A stretch of DNA of 63,481 nucleotides, counting the filler, from Perkinsus chesapeaki ATCC PRA-425 (Eukaryota > Protista > Perkinsozoa), in assembly GCA_013115145.1 (NCBI GenBank). It is 13 parts of 13 records of this genome, joined end to end, with 100 filler letters (N's around TTAATTAATTAA, not from the genome) between each part and the next. Parts side by side here need not be neighbours in the genome. Positions count along the whole stretch, not along the records: positions 58,752 to 62,141 come from JAAPAO010001416.1; positions 62,242 to 63,481 come from JAAPAO010002086.1; 11 more parts are not named here. One strand, written 5' to 3'. The notes beneath the pieces were generated by a model. That model ran no database searches. It was given only the letters and a program-made list of their open reading frames with translations, and was not told the origin of the DNA. The position numbers and the translations under genes are program-made. Below, piece after piece: positions 58,752 through 63,481 of the stretch; position 1 is the first letter of the stretch; each line of letters begins with the position of its first letter.

Positions 58752-61700
58752 CCTGAGCTCTCGAATGGGGTTTGGAATCTTGTTCGGTCCGTGTGGTCTG
58801 AATGGTTGCCTATCTCCTCTAGTGTCCGAGTCTCGGTTACCGGGTTTCGGTGGTATCGAGCTTCTTCACATGGTACTGGTATTAGTCTTTCTCTTTGTCG
58901 ATGACTTGGCTCTCTCGGGCCCTACATTACCAACGGTTGTGAAGTTCAAGCTCTTGTTAATACTACTTCTGCGCGTTGGTTTTGACGCTCAACAGCGAAA
59001 GGTTTATGCCCTAGCGGTCGACTGCCGTAAAGAAGAACTGAAGAAAGCCCTCGAAAGTTGTGGTATCGATCTCTCCATCGCCGAGGAGGGTGTGATCCTT
59101 GGTGTGAAGATTGCCTACAGAGGGGATTTTTTGGTTCTGAACTGCGATCGCAGTAGGCGCCTCTCGGTTGTTATCGGATTTGTAAGGATGGTAGCTTCTG
59201 GTGAGGCCTTCACGAAGCGCCTTGGGTTCAAAGCTGCGGGTTGTCTGGCATTTGATCCAGCCCGCCTACATCCTATCTCCCGCGCATGCGCGGATGGTGT
59301 CCGATCACTGTTGGGCCGTTGTTTCTCGCAGCTTGGTTGGTCAGATCCACTTGACGTCTCGAGGCTGAGTGAGTCCTCACAAGCTGCTTGGAAATGTCTC
59401 GTAGATTGGATGCAAAATATCTGCACCCACGATTCTGCAGTTTGTTCACATCGGTCTCCAGTTAGATTTGCTGATGCTCCTGAGCTAAAAATCCGGGCGT
59501 ACTGTGATGCCTCTCTTACCGGTGGAGGCTTCATTGCCTTCGTCGACGATGTCGAGCTCTTCTCGGAAGCATTTCTATGGCGTCGGGCTGAGCGCAGGTG
59601 GCATTCCAACCGGCGTGAACTTTGTGTCCTCTTACGGTTGCTGCAGAATCTATGTGACTTCCTTCATTACCGGCGTCGGATTGTTCCGCAAGGAAACCCT
59701 CAAGGAGTGCACATCACCATCTTCTGCGACAACGCGGCATGCGTGGCCTGGTCGCAGGACAGTGAGCGGGGTGACTTGATTGAGCGCTCCAAGGGCGTCG
59801 AACGGCGGGCAATTGCACGCTTGGTATCTGGTCTTCATGACGAGCTCCTGGAGTTGCGCCACTTATGTAAACCTCCGACAAGTAATCCAAGTCCATCCCC
59901 CTACACCGTCGAGATTTCGCACCTCCCGGGATGCTCTAATGACAAGGCCGATACTTTGTCGAGGATATATGATCGAAGGACTGAAGCTGGTAAATCCCTG
60001 GCAGATTGCTTAGCGGATGCCACTGGTATACTGGACGAGAGGGCCCGCGACCCAACTCGTATGGGTTGTGGCTGGGACAAGCTCAACTCTGATAAGGATC
60101 CACTGGTGGCTGACTGGCACCCGTCGTCGCTTGAGAAGACCGACGAGAAAGAGGTCTCTGATAAGTGCTGCTTCCTTGCGGATTGGTCAACTGTTCACTC
60201 AGACTCGTGGTCGGTTAATCTGTGTGCTCTGGCAGTCTGTCACGGAGCTCCACCAGCGGATGTCGTGTACCATCTGCAAGATTCTGAAAAGCTTTGGAAA
60301 CCATTGATGGAGTGCGAGTCGCTCGTGGATCGTGCTAGTCGTTACAGCTACGATCTTGACGATGCGCTACACCTTCTTTGGTTTGTGAAAACCATTATCT
60401 ACATGCTCAAGGCTAATGTTAAGGAAACCTTGCACGAGTTTAGACAACCATCTTATGATGGGACGGCTGTTCGCTACATTGCTGCGCGTAGCTGCCAATT
60501 GTCTGATCCAAGGTACACCTTGTATTTGTCTGGTGCTGAAACTCTGGTATGCTGTGGGCCTCTGTATTTGTCGTCGTCCAAGGAGCTAGGGTCGTTAGTC
60601 TCCGATTCTGAGAGGATAGCTAGCTACCCTCCCACCGTTGTTTACCGGTCCGGTACTGCATCTGGCCGTGTTGTTCTGAAGCCTGTCATACCGCGTGGTT
60701 CATCTTGTGCACGTTTTCGCTCCCTCGTAATCAGAGTTGCTCACAGGAGCTGCGTGCATGGAGGGGCGGATGGCACTTGTGCGCAAATCGTGGACTTCCA
60801 TCTCCCCGCTGGTTTGGCCTCATGCCGAGATTTCATCAAGCAGTGTCTTATCTGCCAAATCTCCCGCGCCAAGAGAGTATGGGTCAATCCTATGTCTCTA
60901 GGAGTTCGCAGCTCTGATGGTAGTACGCCAGCGGATCTCCTTCGATGTCCTCCATACTGGCGTGTTGGGGTAGATTTTTTCTGTCTCGGTATGCGGTGCA
61001 AGGTTCTGACTTGTACTTGCCTCATGAGCGGTCATGTTACTATGGTCCGTTGTGATGAGGATGCCAGAAGCAGCGTCAAGGCGTTGCGCCGTATCCAGTT
61101 ATTGAGAGGTGGATTGCGAGAAGTATACACTGATACGGCGTCCTATTTCATGTGTTCCGCGTTCACTCGTTCGATGCAGAAGGAGCTTGGAGCCGCAGTT
61201 TATCCTCTCAATGCAAGATCGCCTCATGAGGGTGGTAAGTATGAAAAACTGCATGACCTAGCAGCCCGTAAGCTTCGAGTCCTCCTGCGAGACTGTGTTG
61301 GTAAGGTTGCATCCAAGACCGATGAGGAAGTGGACGAGCTGTTACTACGTTGTTGTCATCTACTCAACTCTAGGCCGATTGGAAGCTTCTACTTCAACCG
61401 TGATGGTGTCAAGTCTCCCGTATCACCAAATGTTCTAGCTTTTGGTTATGAGCATCATACTGGTGCGCAGTTTGGTGTGGAGTCTGCCCCTTGTTCCCCA
61501 GGGAGGGACCAGAGAGCAGTTAGAGACGCCTTCGAACACTACCACTGGCAAAGGATGAAGGAGAAGTCTATCACTGCCTGCAGAAGTAAGTGCCCTAAGA
61601 ACTCGAATGCTTTACAGCTTGAGGTTGGTGATACTGTGCTGGTGTATACTCCGCCCAACCGCAAGCTGGCATTCCACTGGCGTCTCGCACATGTAGCGGC

Positions 61701-62091
61701 GATTCGAACCAACCGCAGTATTCAAGTCGTGTACCCGAACGATCAACGTCTATGCTCTGAGAACATCTACAACGTGGTGAAGGTCGACCATGAGGTGGCG
61801 GCTGACTGTGTGCTTCCAGAAGAACGAGACTTCCGATGGGATTGTGAACGTGAGGACGATGCTCTACCTTCTCGTATTGGCATGTGTATCGAGGTCGCGC
61901 TGAAGGTTCGTGGCGAGAAGACTAAGAGATGGTATCCAGCAAAGGTATCTCATGTCTGGGCATCTGGTCACGTTACTGTCAACTGGTTCGATGGTGATCC
62001 TCCAGAACGGCTATGGCTAGAAGCTGAAGATTGGTACATTCTAGATGGAGAACCCATCGAAGAGGGGCGTGATGCGTCGCACTGCGCATAA
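58752..62091 (+). mobile_element. LTR retrotransposon pol, uninterrupted: RT (partial), RNase H, integrase, SH3-like domain, Tudor-like domain
   Basis: RMGFGILFGPCGL and LFVDDL (RT); YCDASLTGGGF, SNRREL, IFCDN, HLPGCSNDKADTLSR (RNase H); HRSCVH...CLIC, VGVDFF, VYTDTA, GGKYEKLH (HHCC + DDE integrase); LEVGDTVLV...WRLAHV; WYPAKVSHV...VTVNWFDG. Order RT-RH-IN. Confidence 0.92.
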
Positions 62092-62599
62092 ATTGTGCAA
62101 TATCTTTGGGCGAGCGATACTTGAAGAGATATCTAATGCATNNNNNNNNNNNNNNNNNNNNNNNNNNNNNNNNNNNNNNNNNNNNTTAATTAATTAANNN
62201 NNNNNNNNNNNNNNNNNNNNNNNNNNNNNNNNNNNNNNNNNTCTGAGCGGAGCGTGTAATGAGTCCATGCCTTTGCAAAGAAGAGATTTCTTATTTTGCG
62301 TTGTAAGTTGAGTTCAGCACGAAAAACGGGACGTACTCAATAGGTTTAGGTTATGTGTTTCGCGTAGCGGTACAATAGTAACATATAGGGAAGACGTTCG
62401 GGGAGATAATTAGGCGTAGGCAGAGTAGGGAGTCGCGCGTTGCGGCTCACTCCGTGGCAACGCGCTCCAAGCCAAGTGTAAAATCTTGCTCGTAAACGTT
62501 AGACTCACAATATCAGACAATCGCTTGAATTGGTGAGCGCGTAGTACTTTGAGCGCATGGTGATTTCCATTGGAACGGTCGAAATTTATCTTTTGAAAA

Positions 62600-63481
62600 A
62601 TGCCAGCTCTTCCTGGTAATAAGGTTAAAGGCGCATTGCTCGTCAGCGGGTTCAGAATTAGGAGTGTCGACGATGTGTCAGCGGATGATGAGGGGCCTAA
62701 TATTCGCAAAACACGTTTGGTGGCACGGTTCTTGCATGGGAAGAAAAGTGACGAACGTCCGGTACGATTCACGCGGTTCACGAGCAGAGATCGAGGAGCA
62801 AGACAAGGTCTAGAGATAAGCTATGATAGATTTCTGGTATTCCAGTGCTTAGTGAGCAATAGCGTGTTTATAATATTGACGGATAGCCAACAAGAAACGG
62901 CGCACTTGCTGAAATTCAGGGACGTTGCGATAGGAGGGGTGTATGCCATTGCTGAGCCTATGTTTCGCGGAGTCATGGGAGACGGAGTGAAGATCATTGA
63001 CACGAAGGAGTACATGATTCCAAGTGTGTATGACAATGAGAGGCTGGTGAATCCTGCGACACTGCCAACGAATGTGGGGTTTAAAGCATTTGGCATGGAG
63101 AACGTTAAAATACGTTTCGGCCCGGTATGGATTGAAGACAGGGTGTGTTCCGGAGAGACTTGTGATAGGCAGTATTCAAGCAGCTTAGATTGTCTGTGTC
63201 TAGCACGTGGTAGACGCAACAGCTGGGTGTTAAGATGTATCGTGTGTTCGCCGGAATTACCTGGTGGAGAGTGTGAGATGCAAAGCTATGCCTTCTCGAA
63301 GTTATTCCTACCTCCGGGTATACTAGAAAACCCCTTAAAGGAGGAAGATATTGACGTGTTCGAGCTAAGAGACTCCATGGATCGTATTGCAGAGCGAGTG
63401 AATGGTACAGATGGTGTGCCTTTAGCCGAACGGGGCTGGACTATTTATGGATGGTACAAACCAGTTATGAGCGATCTTCGA
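62600..63481 (+). CDS. Intronless ORF of at least 294 codons running off the window end (absent from the ORF track); possible OB-fold/zinc protein
   Basis: ATG at 62600 (in-frame TGA just upstream) and no stop to 63481: MPALPGNKVKG...RFLVFQCLVSNSVFIILTD...VAIGGVYAIAEP...VCSGETCDRQYSSSLDCLC...SWVLRC...SYAFSKLF...GWTIYGWYKP. Confidence 0.75.
   Translation, partial: MPALPGNKVKGALLVSGFRIRSVDDVSADDEGPNIRKTRLVARFLHGKKSDERPVRFTRFTSRDRGARQGLEISYDRFLVFQCLVSNSVFIILTDSQQETAHLLKFRDVAIGGVYAIAEPMFRGVMGDGVKIIDTKEYMIPSVYDNERLVNPATLPTNVGFKAFGMENVKIRFGPVWIEDRVCSGETCDRQYSSSLDCLCLARGRRNSWVLRCIVCSPELPGGECEMQSYAFSKLFLPPGILENPLKEEDIDVFELRDSMDRIAERVNGTDGVPLAERGWTIYGWYKPVMSDLR

Overview
Eukaryotic, intron-rich draft sequence with short GT-AG introns (mostly 40-60 nt). 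Gene style and retroelements suggest a Perkinsus-like alveolate; this is inference and no diagnostic marker was seen. The window is 13 contigs joined by 12 identical 100-nt spacers (44 N + TTAATTAATTAA + 44 N), so adjacency across spacers is not evidence. Contig 3009-33066 is gene-dense. It carries a tandem pair of secreted two-domain proteins, a calmodulin/myosin-light-chain-like gene head-to-head with a HAD-like gene, a nucleoredoxin/tryparedoxin-like gene (WCPDC), and a tandem pair of mucin-EGF-TM surface proteins. These are followed by six co-oriented minus-strand genes (RNase Z, TRAF-zinc-finger/WD40, 2xKH, CYSTM-like, RING, hypothetical) and an intronless secreted BBE-like FAD oxidase. 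Next come two divergent SLC19 (folate/thiamine carrier) paralogs and a Frizzled-type cysteine-rich-domain gene with a decayed copy. The rest is repeat-rich: a LINE relic, several LTR-retroelement pol fragments, minisatellites, tRNA-like relics and a foldback-like element. Top leads: (1) an intact LTR pol whose integrase ends in a Tudor-like barrel; (2) an intronless ORF missing from the ORF track (62600 to window end) that may be an RPA-like OB-fold/zinc protein; (3) the foldback-like GTGTACG element with a 26-bp perfect palindrome and tRNA-like heads; (4) the mucin-EGF-TM adhesin pair. Exon structures were assembled by eye; family calls come from motif recognition, not database searches.
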